The notes under the pieces are model-generated. The model was not told the origin of the DNA and ran no database searches. It was given only the letters and a program-made list of their open reading frames with translations. The position numbers and the translations under genes are program-made. A stretch of DNA of 64,000 bases from positions 18,104,001-18,168,000 of the forward strand of contig JBHGNT010000014.1 in NCBI GenBank assembly GCA_043228905.1. Reading direction: 5' to 3'. Origin of the DNA: Azolla caroliniana (Eukaryota > Plantae > Polypodiophyta). Below are positions 12,780 to 27,700 of this stretch, piece after piece (positions within the stretch are counted from its first letter, which is position 1; each line of letters starts with the position of its first letter).

Positions 12780-15700
12780 TCATGAATCCCAGAATGTTGC
12801 TGGGTCCTTGTTATACAGCGCACGGTTTCGGACTTCTAGATTCGCAATATGCCAATCAAGCATCCGAGCTAGAACGATTTTACAGATTAAAAGAGTACTC
12901 GGAAACATCCACCAACCACTTTCTTCCCTGTAAATCATTAAAAAACATAAGAAAACATTAGAAGAGAGACATTAGAAAACATCACTGGAAATCATAAAAA
13001 CAATCTTACAATGATCTTGTAAATAACACCAGGACATCATATACGCCCGATACTTACGTGCTAAAATTCAAGCTACGTGTGGAGCCAGTACTTCCATTGG
13101 ATGGTGATTGAAACTTATAATGGAACAATCCATAAAGCAAAGCGACGATCTGATAAAAATATAGCTTTTAAGTGTTCAGTTTGTTTTTTAGTTAGAACCA
13201 AAATTAGATACATTGATGGTGCTAGAACTGCTACTGGAAGGTGAGTGAAACTTGAATGGAGTAGATTTAAAAAGCAATGAATTTCTAGTTGAGAGAAAGA
13301 TTGTGAAGGTAAATGTCAAAATTTAGGACCACCATGAGTGAGGGAATACTACAGAATTTTTATCATCCACAACAAGTAGAATAATGATAAATTAATAAGA
13401 GGGAAAGGGAGTAAAGGAAGACACACAATTATGATACTAAAGTTCTGTCTATATATCGTTCATAACATGTTCATCTTACAAACATGAGCATCTCACCCTC
13501 TATTTATATTTATGAGTGAGGATCCACCTCAGCAATGAGCTTTTACTCTTATACTACACTTATACTCTTATATTAACAATTTAACAGTATGTAAAACTCA
13601 ATCAAAACTACAGTTTCCCTATAACAAAACCTGCTTTAACAAAAACATGAAAAACCGAGGCTAAAATTACCCACATTTTGCCCACATTTAAAAAAGATGT
13701 GGACACATCCATTTTCTAGCTTGGCCATTCTAAATACTCACAGAACAATTGTAAGCAAGTTACCATGTGGCATTCCCAGGTGGCAATTCATGAGTACTTT
13801 GAACAATTGAGAAAATTCCCTACAATAGTGAATTCATAGTTGAAGAAGACAAGTAGGTGTTTCCAACTATTGCCTTGAGCAAAACCATTTATTAGAAATG
13901 GAAACTCTTTTTCCTGACTTTGTGCTATTTGGCAATATAAAATGGATGAGGTCAAATCTGTATATCTGATTCTGTTCAGCCTTTTATCCTTGATAAACTC
14001 TTTTCCTTCATCTTCTTTAAGGTTACGATAATCGTAGACCACTATACCAAAACAACATTTAATGCTCTATCAAAACTGACATGAGTACATCTGAGATTGA
14101 TGAGTAGCTCAACATGCTACGAACTCTCAACCATGTATACATGTATTTTTTGAGAGAGAGAAACAGCTTGTGTTTAGAGAGGGCTTTGTAAAACAGACAG
14201 ACTATCTGGTTAATTGCAAAATATTTACCATTATATGTATTTCAAACTGTCATGTATGTCCAAGATACAGACAGTTAAAAGAAAGACTGCAAACTTACAG
14301 TATTTATGAGGGAAGTGGCATTCCATAGAGCATACATGCGAGCATGATCAGCAGAACTTTGAGGTCCATGACTAAAAAGAGCAAAAATCCCAGTGAAGAA
14401 TGGTATCAACGATGCCAGTGGAAGAATGAGAAGAACTGTCAGAAATGCAAGGATAGATATTGAATAGAACTGGAGTAGTGTAAGTAATGTCAAGCTGAAA
14501 TCTCCAAGTAGAAGAATTGAGATGATTAAACCAACAAAATCCTGAGAAAAAAAAACATAAATACATATAGTTAAATGTGCAACAGTGTTTCCATCCACAA
14601 CCCACATGATGTGCAAGAAACAAACAACGATGGAAATTCTTAAACTACCTGATGACCAAAGGGACGAACATTACGCAGGATCAGTGATATTGGAAAGCAA
14701 ATAACCTTCCTGCGAACTATAGAGTTCATTGTGGATCTGGTAATTATATCACCTCCCACCCTTCTATCAGGTAGGATGTCAGATCCTGAATCCTGATAAA
14801 CTTCACCTAACAGAGGCTTATGGATATGACCATTATTCATTCTGCACAAAGACTCTCCGCATGAAATGTGCATTTTTCAAGGCAATAGTATGAAAGAAAG
14901 AAAAATGGAAATGTGACACACCTTTTCTTTCGAATAACAAAATCAAAGCTCTTATCTAGCGGGGAAGACGGTTGTAAAAAATCAGTCGCAGCATTGATCA
15001 CAAGACCCAATTGAAAATAGCGTGATGTAGTTGGTTGAAACCAAGCAAGATCAACACAAACACCTTTAGATGAAAGTTGAGGGTTCGCATGTGTCCCTAA
15101 CCAATCAACAATTGGCAATAATGTACTCCTCAGGCAATCAGGTCGTACAGTCCGGAGTTGTGCATTCAATCCTGCTACCATGCGATACCATATTGTTGCA
15201 GGGACTGCCTGTAAAAAACAATTAGGAACAAAACATCTTCGTTATTTAAATATTAGAATTGACATGTTTCCTTAATTCTAATGTCACACACATTAGACTC
15301 TAGGCTTAGAATTTGTGGTGTTGCTTAGTTGATAAACTAGTAACAGAGAATTCATCTCTATACCAGTCGTTGAGCTTAGAATTTACTTCACAAATTGTGA
15401 GCATTTACATGTATGATATCATACCCACTTCTCTTGTGACTAGAATTTTATGCACACCAACACTCACATTGAACTTATGCAGTATTTCTCCAGCTTTAAC
15501 CTTTTGTGCCAAGCTTGTTTCAGCAATATACACTTTCTAATCTTGTTTAAGTATAGAAATGTACTAATAAGTGTAGCCTTAAGTTACTTGAATATTGTAA
15601 TTATCATTCTAGACATGTGATTGTAAATTATTACAAGTCTACAGAATTAATAAGTTACAGACTCAACATTGCTTCAACAGATATTAATAAGTGCTCCGGT

Positions 15701-18700
15701 AAGTTTAATTTATGCTAACCTGACCCAAAACACTCGTGAGAAGGTTATCGCTGTGAAGATAATAGGGAGCCATGTAGCTACCATTTCCTCCAAAAATAAT
15801 GGAAAGGGGAAGCCTTTGTAACAAACGAGGAGGTAGATCAGGCCTCTTCTCATCACCACCAAGGAAAAAATCAATATAAGCCAACATTAAATCAGGTGTC
15901 GCAGCAACCTGAGGCACAGGAATCTCATTGATCACAGTAGGAAAAACTGTTTATCAGCAGACTCTATTTTTTATAAGATACTTACCTTGAGACCCTCATA
16001 TAAAGCTCGTGAACGGCATGATCTTAAGCAAGAGTGGTCATATCCTGATCTAACATACTCTCTTAGTTGCTGAACCTTTTTCTTACGGCACCATTGTTTC
16101 CATATATATGCTAGTGGATACGAAACAACTGCCAAAATTCCATGTATAGATCCCTCCCACCATTGATAAGCAGCCTGTGAGTTTATCTCATCCACAAATC
16201 GGTTGAAAGCATCCTCATATCTGTAAACAGTGTGAATTGAGGCATTAAACGATCAACCAAGAAATTGGAAACCTCAGAGAAAAGTATAATGCCTTGTGAG
16301 TCAATATAATGAGTCGCAACAGTAGAGAAAGATACACACATGAGCTCCATAATCTGTTTGGGGGGTGTATGTGACATATGCCATGGTTCTGAGAAGGAGT
16401 TGCTTCCCAGAAAATAGAGCCTATGTACATGATTCTGGGATTCTTCCACCCTTGTGGTTTCTAAAACCTACGGAAGAAATCAAATTTATGGATTTTAGGT
16501 GCCAGTGACATATTTATTTGGGTTAAACATCAGCACAAAATATACCTCATTTAAGGATTCCAGAAATGGAAGTGAATGATCAATATGTGCTCCATGATGG
16601 ATTGGTGCGCGACCTGAAAAGTCATCTGTTCCTATAAATTTGACTCTAGCAAGGCTTATAACCAACGCCAACAGAACCAATAAGCCAATGAGGAAAAACC
16701 CAAAAATCCATGGGCCTCCAAATGTGTGTATCAATTCTTGCAGTGGTGTATAGCAATTGGGCATTCTGTATTTGTCAGAAATGCATTTGTAAGGACATTT
16801 AGCAAAAGTTACTCCCCCTGTCAAATTTTTAACAGCAAAGTATAAGTTCTTGATTTTCTGGATAAACAAGTTGAAGTCTTACAAAATTTATACTTAAACC
16901 ATCTTTATGACACACTACAGCACTAAGTTGAGTAATAAGAAGTGATAAAGCTTTAGATATGTTTCATAATATGATATCTTGTGCTACCTGGAAAACCATT
17001 TAAAAAATCCAAGTTATAATACATGAAGACAAATATTTATAAAGAGCGCTAGATTATGTAATTATACTTAATAAAAGATCCAAACGCTTTGCAGGTTTAG
17101 CTAAGTTGTGAATTAGAAGCAAAGATATATAAACATCTTTTAAAGAGTCAAATTGGCTTAAAAAAATGAACAAGAGATTAAATCTTAAAATGTCACCTCA
17201 TCTTTGAGAACAAACAGCATAAATATAAGTTGCTGGTAGAGTCTCCATCAAGGGCAGACCCAAGATGGGGAGGTCTCCAAAGTGAGGAAGCAACTTCGCT
17301 GTCAGGTAAATAATGGCCTTTATGTACCAATGAAAAGGGCAAAGGAATTGTGGATGAACGTGGCCTACATGCACAATAAATTGCTATTGCCCAATCTTTT
17401 GTAACCCCTTTCTGGCGTTGTGGTCGAGACGCTACTTGCTCTTGTACGACTCATAGAATGGAAGTGAGAGATAGACATAAAGCTTTCATAGCGATTCATT
17501 GTTGATAAGACATGCAATCTTTATTTTATGGGTAAAAGTCCATTGCAAACATGCGTAATATTCACTCGAGAAAGAAGAAAGAAAGAAAGATATATTATCG
17601 TCTTTTAAGAGGCCAAAATGGCCTATAAGACCAAACAAGAGATTAGATTGTCAGTGTTGTCTCATCTTTGAGAACAACAAATCAAAATAAATAAATATTA
17701 CTAAGTAAAAATAATAATAAGATAAAATGAGACTAAAGAATCTTGTTATCAATGCATGTAAGATTCTCAAGTCAGAAATATTGTAACTTTTGTCTTCGAA
17801 AGATCTCTCTAACATATGTTGATCTAGAATGGAGATGTCTCCAACACGAGGGATTACTAAGTAAAAATAATAATAAGATAAAATGAGACTAAAGAATCTT
17901 GTTATCAATGCATGTAAGATTCTCAAGTCAGAAATATTGTAACTTTTGTCTTCGAAAGATCTCTCTAACATATGTTGATCTAGAATGGAGATGTCTCCAA
18001 CACGAGGGATTACTAAGTAATAATAATAATAAGATAAAATGAGACTAAAGAATCTTGTTATCAATGCATGTAAGATTCTCAAGTCAGAAATATTGTAATT
18101 TTGTCTTCGAAAGATCTCTCTAACATATGTTGATCTAGAATAGAGATGTCTCCAACGCGAGGGAAGCATCTACCATGGAAGGAAATAATGGCCTTATGTG
18201 TCAATGACAAGGGTCATGAGATTTTGATCCATGGGGTTGGGGCCTACGCGCACGAAAAATTGCAATTCTATTGTAACCCCTTTGTTATGTCTAGATCGGG
18301 AGCCCATTTGCGTAGCCCTTGATTGACTTGTAGCATGAGTAGGATTGATGGTACTAAAGAAAGTTGTGATTGTTCTTTGTTGATTAGCTTATGTGACTGT
18401 ATTGTTATCCCTCAACAACTTTTCCATGTGTCTCTTGAGTTGTAGCAAGAAAAGTCCTAAGCACTGTTGGTTCTCAGATTCCATTACCTTGCATAGTGAA
18501 CCAAAGCGTTGTTTAAAGAGGCAATAGTATCTCGCTCTTATTTCATAAAAAACACTACAGTGACAAACGTAGTGTTCTTCAGATTCCTCTCCCCAATGAC
18601 ACAATTGACAAATTCTTTCTTCTAGAAGTATTCATGCACATCTGCCTACCTCAATCTCTAACTGAAGTGATGAAAGCTGCCCTATCACACTACGCAATGC

Positions 18701-21700
18701 ACAGGATAGATGTATGTCTATATAAGATGGCCTGATGATGAATCAACCCTCTAAAGTGTGTAACGAAAAGAGAGAGTCAGGGTACAAAAAGATCAATGGA
18801 AGTGCTTCCATCTATCTCAATTTGTGGCCCAACATAGTGATGTCATGACTCATTAACCCATATGAGCACACAACTAAAATGGTATAATATCCAGGTACTA
18901 AGATAGGTCCCAACTTTGTGATGAGAGACATTTTGGAAAATGTATATTGCAGTAAGTTAAGTCACATTTAGACTGTTGATTTCCAGAGGTAAGCAAGAAA
19001 ACACTGGTTTATGGTGAGTTACCCAATCAATTGACTTTGATAAAACCATCTGAAAATGGGATAGGATTGGCCAAAATTAGTCATACATGAGGAGGAATCT
19101 GTTTCTTTGTTGTAGATTGATATCTTCTTGATAAAAAAAAAATAGAGGAAAGAAACAAACAAGGTACATCTTTCAGATCTCAACAGGAAAACACCTACTT
19201 GCAAGCGGAAGCATAAGAACTTCTGAATACTAGCTCTTCAAGCTCTAAAATTACAATTTCAAAACTGAACCAAGACTTGAAAATGCTCGAAATACATTAA
19301 CTCTAATGATAAAACATAGAAGTGTAAATAGGAAAAGGAATGACAACAAACCACGAACATAGGTGAAATATGCTCGTTGTGGCAGCATTTGCAGCAAGCA
19401 TGGTTTGCAAAGCATGTCATCAGAACCTTCCTCATCCTTGTAGGTGCCCACTGGACATTCCTATAATTCCATAAAAGAGAAAGCTTAAACTTGAGTGATT
19501 TCATAGTGTTATAAATAATAGATCATTCATGCAAAAGCAAAAGAAATAAAACCAAATATTTTCCCTATCTGAATTTATTTGGGTATATTTACTGCTAAAT
19601 CCACAGCCACTTTATTCATTTTGCAAATAATACCTTGCAAAATACACCAAATAGACCGGGAGGGCAATCTTTCCCTGTCAATGTCCCATTTTCTCCAGTC
19701 ATAGCATCATCATTTCCAGTTCCTCCACTATCATATACAAGAAAACAATTTAACATTCCTCGTGCTGAAAAAATATTCTCGTATAACAAAATTTACCGAA
19801 CTTTTACAAAATTAGTTCAACTTTGCATTCCAGACAACATTTCCATTGTGTTGGAAAGAAAGAAAGATATATTAACGTCTTTTAAGAGGCCAAAATGGCC
19901 TATAAGACCAAACAAGAGATTACAACTTAAGTGTTGTCTCGTCTTTGAGAACAACAAATCAAAATAAAATAAATATTACTGCGCAAATATAAAAGTAAAT
20001 AAGATAAAAAGAGACGAGGGAAACTGGTTTTCGGCAGTTGTGAGGTTCTCAAGTTAGATGTACTATAACTTCTGTCTTCGAAATATCTCTATCCAAAATG
20101 GAAAGGTCTCCGAAGCGAGGGAAGAACATGCGATGGCGAGAGATAATGTCTTTTATCTGTCAATGACAAGGGTGTTGAGGTTGTGGTCCATGGAGCCAGG
20201 GCCTACATACACAACAAATTGCTATTGCCCGATCAATTGTAACCCCTTTGTTATGTCCTAGTCGGGAGCCCATTTGTGTATCCCTTGATTGACTTGTAGT
20301 ATTAGTGGGAATGATGGGGCTAAAGAAAGTTGTGATTGTTCTTTGTGGCTATATTCTTCAACAACTTTTCCCGATGTCTCTTCAGCTCTAGCAAGAAAAG
20401 TCCTAGGCACCGTTGGTCCTCATATTCCATTACCTTGCGTAGCGGTCCAAAGCCTTGTTTAAAGAGGCAATGGTATCTCCCTCTGATTTCATAAAAGACA
20501 CTACAGTGACAAACATAGTGTCCTTGATGACACAATTGGCAAATTCTGTATTCTAGAGGTATTCATGTATATCTCTGCCTACCTCAATTTGTAACTGACG
20601 TGATGAAGTTTGTGGCTGCCCTATCACACTGTGCAGCGCGTAGGATAGATGTATGTCCATATAAGGTGGCTTGATGATGAAATCCACCCTCTGATGTGTG
20701 TAAGAAGTGTGTCTTATAGTGGGCCATCTTCGTACCAAGTGATATTTTGGGGCTGATCCATGTTATCTTGTTTTCCAAGTTAATAATATCAGTTCGGATC
20801 ACTCTATTCTTTTCCACTTTGGTAATATTTAGATGGGGACAGTCCAAGCTTTATTGGAACAGGGGTAGTGCATCTATACTCATGCCATGTGACTCGAACC
20901 ATTGCTGCATTTCAGCATACCAACAATGAATGTCTCCATTTTTAGCCAGTTGTCTTGAAGACATAAGTGCCAACCTTGGGTACCTTCATTTAGGGAGCTC
21001 CCAAAGACGTTGGATAAATGTCACTGATCAGAATAATGCCTCGGTGATTATAGGTGCTGCTCCCATCTCTGCCCGGATTATATCGTGGGGCACCGATGCT
21101 TTGCTCCTTATCATGCGGGCAATCATTGACACTAAAGGTCTCTCTAAATCTTTCCAATGATTCACCTTGTTAAGACTTGGTTCCCATGTTTCTACTGCAT
21201 AGAGAAGAGTTGGTGCGACAAGTGTATCAAATAACCACAACTTAGTTCGTGGCTCTTGGAACTGCAAATGTGCACATTGTCTCTCGAAGGAAATTTATAT
21301 TGACATCTAGATTTTGCTTATGCTAGATTGAAAGAAAGAAGGAAAGAACAAAACCAAGTGAATATATCTTCTGTGAAGTATGTGCATTTCTTACTCACCA
21401 AAAGACAAATGAATGACTTACATGAAATTCGTACATTCTTCCTGCCGGACCTACACTACATTCTTATATTCTTTCCACAGGCATGTGCAAACAGCCCTGC
21501 GATACCTGCCATGCAGGAGCAGCATTTCAATGCATGGGGAACAGGAACAGTGCGGTTTCTATAACTGAGTCATCTAGACAACACACAAAAACAGTTGAAA
21601 TGGTTGTTGCATCAATGCTTAGGTTAACAGTTACATTGCTGATTCATGTCAACGGTGGCATGGCTTCACTAGTTGTAACCCATTTTGATGGAATGGACAG

Positions 21701-24700
21701 AGTGGTTCTTGTTCCATGGGATTACCCTAAGTGTACTTTCCCAGTGGAATCTAAGGTAAATTTATCTAGAAGTGAAGTTTATACAGATTCTATATTGCCA
21801 CACTGAACTATACTTTTTGTTGCTGGAGACCTTCCCAAACTGAGATGGTAAAGAGCATTTTGTGGAAAAGAAAAAGGTCTTATCTGTATTACTCCAAAAA
21901 AGGAAAGAGCGTTGGACGATCAATGTTTATGAGGGAACTCGCTTGCAACTAAATGGCTGTGTAAAACCATTGATCATCCCGACAACATTTATAAGCTGAT
22001 AAAAAAAACAGTTCACTATCGGAAAAAATATCTTCTCCTTTTGCACGATGGGTGGGTGATATGAGAAGAAAATTCATGTGAATGATCTGGACCAATTGTA
22101 ACATTTTTCCATAAAGCATATGTACAGGATTCCAGAGGAATCATTCTAAAAATATTGCGGGTGTATACTTGTTTGCAGAAAGTTAGCACAAATTCCAGAA
22201 AACTCTCAAGAAACTTTAATATGATTATTGATAGCATATGATTCAGAACTCTTGTCAAGTACACAATGCTTTCTCCATTTCCCATGCTTTCAGGTTTTCA
22301 TCACTTTATGCCCTCTCAAAAACAAGAAAATTAACACAAGAATTCCAGAAAACTCTCAAAAAACTTTATGATTATTGATAGCATGATTCAGAACTCTTGT
22401 CACGTACACAATGGAATGCTCTGTCCATTTCCCATCCTTTCAGGTCTTCCTCTAAATTTTATGTGCACTCTAAAACATATATAAACATTTTTAGCAACTG
22501 AGTAATTACCCAACCTTACCTCAAAGCAATTGAGCCTTTGATACTTGCAATAGGGATAAAATCATCTCCAACTGCAATATTTGACCAATGGAAATGTATT
22601 CGCCCTCCACCCCCACCACCACCACCACCTGAACTGACATGGCCACCAGCCGTTGAAAGAAGGGAGTCATTCCCCAAATTAAGAGTTTGTAGGAAAAACA
22701 AAAGGCTCCCACCAGAGCCTCCACCAGCACCTCCTTCCTTAGAATCATTGTCTAAATAATAGGTTTGGCCATCAGAAGTCACCGCGCCAAAAATATCAAG
22801 CACAGATAAAGCATGCTCCATGGATCCAATCACTGCAACGTATACAAAAAAACACATATTGAACGTGAATAGAAGATAACCATCAAGAAAAGCTTAAAAT
22901 GGTGTATGTTAAATTAGGATAAAGAAAAACATTTATACCTATCACGCCACCACCAACAGTGAATTTGTCTGAAGATAAATTGCCGCTTCCACTGCCAAGT
23001 TCACATGGTAATGCGGTGCTTCCATATTTTTTCCCACCGTTGGCCCAACTTCCATTAAAATATCCTTTCCCACCTTTCCCTCCATGTCCAGCACCACCTG
23101 ATGCACCTATTTCTGACAAACCCCCTTTCCCAATGCCACTCCTGCAACCTGCATCATCTCTATGTGAGAAATCTTATCACACAGTATTCCTGTGCATGTG
23201 ATCAACAGGATCAATCAAAATATCACCTCGTCCAGAAGCTGTTATTAATCCTCCAGCTTTTATTGTTACTGTCCGAGCCCTATGTATATGGACAATGCTT
23301 CCCCTAATCACTCCATCAACAATTACATCTTCCACGCGACAAATCTGGTCAAACCAGTAAACATAGTATTATAGAGGTAGTGTGGAACTTTAGAGAGATG
23401 GAAGTATAATAAGTTGAATTAGTTCAATTACCTGAAGAGTAAATGGCAAAGATGTGTTTAGATTGCAATCTTCAGGAGGTTGAGTAATCTCAACAGGGCA
23501 AGTTGGACTATCACAATAGAGGGGTGCTACCCTGCCAGTAAATTTAAAATAATAAGGGATGATAGATAAAGAGGCTTACAGTGATGACTTTTTACTCACT
23601 CCTTTTTAGAGTTAACTTGATCCAATGGAGCCTGCAAAACAGCTTTTTGACCAATCTACACATCAAATTAGCATCAATGAGAATTTATGATCGTCATGTA
23701 AGGACTAGGAAATTAATAGCAGTTATTTCAGATGTATGTTCTTGGAGTTAGCATAGTCATTGATTATGGCTAAGAACAGGATAGATGCATTGTAGAACTG
23801 CAGCCATGTTATAATTATAACATAATACTCGATAAGACTGAAAAAAGTATTAGGAATTCATGCAAATTTCCCTTAGGAGGGATGCATATTGTACTAGTCA
23901 TTCAGGATTCTGGCTTCCTCTGGAAGCAGTCGACTTTCCTTCAACACAAATTAAGAATTCGGAAAAGATTTTACCAGCTAGAAAACCTTACTACTTAATA
24001 CAGGAGACCATTTAATATTTTATTTGTTACATAGCCAAAGTTGATAGCAATTTGAGTTGATAAACACAAGAATAACTAATAGCTTACGTTCACATTGTAA
24101 AACAGTGAGACAAAGAGTCGCTGTGCTATTATCATATCTCCCTGCCCCTTCAGTCTGAAAAAACCTTGTCCATGAATACCAAGGTTGGAGTTTGAAGTTA
24201 TTATAGACCCTCTCTGCACATGAAAGATTTCATAAATACAAATGATTTGATTGTTTATTTTTTGAAGACGGAGATTCAGATAATGCAGGTGTAACCACAG
24301 GGTTTCTTTCAAGGGGCGGAAGAAATTGCATCAATCCATGGAGAGATCACATACAATCATAGATTCCATTCAGAAAGAGAGAACATACTGTTAGTAGTAT
24401 GAAGTTACTCGCATCAATTGTTGAAGTTGCAACCATGACTCCCCCACCACCATCAATACGCAATGTTGAGTTCCACATTCGCAATACTTTGACAGAGAGC
24501 CTTAGTGCACCATAAACCTAAACTTTCGTGACCTTAGATTAACAAAACTCCACACTATCCAAATTTATTTACCCCCCTTCCTGAAACTGAAGTGTCACCT
24601 CACCTTTACTGTTGAGTCAAGCAACTCCACCTCATCAGCAACCAACTCAAATTCTGAGAAGGGATAATGAGCCAACCCAGAACTGAGTGTCCCGTGGCAC

Positions 24701-27700
24701 TTCAAACTTATGTGTCCTCGTACCTGACACAGAAGATTGCATATTAAGCATGGGAGAAAATTTACACATGTTCTAAAAGCATAATTTCCGGGCTTGCTCA
24801 CCTGGACTCTGCTCCAAAGCAAAGGTATGGCAACCTTCGCATAATTTTCTACATAAACATTCTCCCAGAGAGGATATGTGGGGAACTCCATCAATAATGT
24901 GTCAGTTTGTGTTGATCTGTTGCTGTTGCTTACTATCAAGGTTTGCTCTACCAGATCAAACAGTGTTCCTGCTGCCCCTGCATTTTCTGGGCAGCCTAAG
25001 CTATCACCTCCTACATGAGCAAATATCCAATAGTATTGAAACGTTTCCATGAATGAAGGGAGTTAGAGCCCGAAACGGCAGATAAAAGATACTTGGTTTC
25101 AAAATGAATGCCTAGATGACTCAGAAGGTCATGTCTTCAGAGAAGTTTCAGGCAGGCAGGTTACAATGCACATCAGGAGCAATCTTCTTATCAGCCCATC
25201 GATGAGCAGCGGAGGGCATAGCACTTAAATAAATAATCTCCCAGAATGAAATGACCGTAAGTATAGGTTAATAATGTATTTAAACTGGACAGAACTATTA
25301 TAAGCCCTTGAAACTGCCTTTTAAATAATAAGGATGGACTATGTTTCTACATTGCATGTGTACTCTCTCTACTTTTATAGAGATATTAAAAGATTTCATC
25401 GATATTCAAATCCAAGAAAAGCCTGTCTGTTCATGCAACTGTTTTCTATGAAAGAAATTAAATCATTATTAATGGTTTGTTTGTGAGCAGCTGGAATAGG
25501 TAAATGAGACACATTGTAAGAATTTGTTTCAGAACCAGCAGCAGAAAAAAAAAGTAAGAAATAAATATTAATGTCTTTTTAAGAGGCCAAAATGGTCTAT
25601 AAGACCAAACCAGAGATTACATGTTAAAATGTTGTGTCCTCTTCAAGAACAAATCAAAATAAATGTAACTAAGTAAAAAACTAAATATTATAAAACGTGA
25701 TAAAGAATCTCAATATTGATACACTTAAGATTCTCAAGTCAGATAGTCTGCAAGAAAGATATAGTAAAGTCTACAAGATGGTGACCTATGACATAAATCA
25801 GAAGAACAAGAAGCCGTATTATCAAATAACAAAAGAAATAAATGGTGTAGATAATAAATATGTGAGTGAAAGAAATCTATACATACATATATACATGATA
25901 CATCTATATACACATATACCTGTATATAACATCTCGAAAAGACCATAACAGCCTATGACACCTAACAAACGCCTATGTTACAACTGAGAGACACTGAGAC
26001 TAACACTTTGTAAAGACCTACCATGAACAGAAATGGTTATGCCATCTTGTTCAGTGCTTTTGATTCCAACTCTTCCACCACCACCACCAGCCCAACCAGT
26101 ACCTCCTGATGCACTGATCTCACCTGTTCCATTTCTGCAGAGTCAAGTGGCCCAGTGAAATTGTAAACAAGTAAATAACTATCCCACATTTAGTACTTTT
26201 ATATGAGATCCATTACTCTCTATTAGATATGCTCAACGATTTTAGGGATATATTACACTGGCTATACATAGTTTTGAGTTTCACATGGCAATCTGAAAAA
26301 CTAGTTTTATGTTTCACTTTCTTTTTGTCTTTCGTCTCATTTTCCATACTTGATACCCATTGCTCTTAAGCATTCAATATTTATTAAGCTTCATTTCAAT
26401 AGAAGGATTTGGCTTATCTCATTTACATCACTCATCTGCCAAATAATTATTCAACCAAGAGCAATCGTTATAGAGCTTCAGTTCATAACAAGTGAGTGCG
26501 CAAAATGAGAGTTTAACATGAGCTTAAATTTTAGTAATGTGTAGTCCCAGCATTTGAGCAAGCACATGACCACTCCAAGAGTTCAGTTTTATATGTGTTG
26601 ATGGTCACATAGAGACAAAAGACGGTATTTGAATATTAGTGTGAGGGAAAACTCTGAAATACCCAAGGTTTTCTTTTTTTCTCCAAATGCCAGAAAATCT
26701 TTGCATATTTAATACAAGGGAAAACACTAACTACCCATTCCTTTTCCTTTTATTTCCCTAATATTTCCCTAAATGTCCCTGGTCAACCCCTGAAGGAGAG
26801 AAAATGGTAATAAATTCACAACATAATTGCTCAAACAGTGCATATGGATCAAAAAAGGGAGTGAATGGACCATGTACTTTCTCAAATAGCAAATATAATT
26901 GCCAAGAGGAGAGGTGGTTAACTGAGGCATTCAAAGAAATAATGAAAACTTAGCGGGCGATTGGGTAAATAAAGGTATTTCAAAGTTTTTCTCTTACGAG
27001 AATATAAGCAGAACAACTTACAAGAAAGAGGCTTGAATTTGGATGCTTCCACCAGAACCACCCCCACCAATGACATCTCCATAGCCTCCATCAGCTAGGA
27101 TTGTACCATTCAGATTCAACCATGTACTCGAGATAAATACTCTTCCACCACCTCCACCTCCAAGATTCTCCTCTCTACTTGTTGTTCCGCCTTGGCTGCC
27201 ATAGCTCCATGGAGCTGAGAGAGAAGACCATGAATACACATCACCACCCCAAGCATCCTCTTGATCCTTACTATCACCTTTCACACAAAATGCACCCCTT
27301 CCACCATATCCCCCTCCTGCACCATCAAATCCAAGAGGCGTCCCACTTGTTTGTGAAGGAGGAGACCCCCCTAGAGCTGTAGTGTTCATAGAAGATCCTT
27401 CTGCCAGTTGCACATTCCTTGCATCTACTATGATTGTTCCGGCCACAATAGAAGAGTCACTTTCCATATAAACATCTCTTGATATATTGATCTCAATGAC
27501 ACAACCTCGATATGGACAAGAGATCGAAACGTTTGATGCTAAGATAAGACTACCTTTGCCCTTAATATATGAATCATCTTTAAAGTATATGCTTTCATCA
27601 AGTTCACATACACTGTCCAAGGATCCAGATCCTCCCAAATCTTCTTCGCACGAAAGTGTTGTGTTTGAAACTCTCCATAGTGACACAGGATAAACATCGT

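Noticed and set aside
17698-18165. CRISPR-like array, or the 172-aa repeat ORF 17651..18169
   Set aside because: Units are contiguous with no unique spacers, there are no cas genes, the context is a eukaryotic intron, and the ORF only reflects a unit length divisible by 3.
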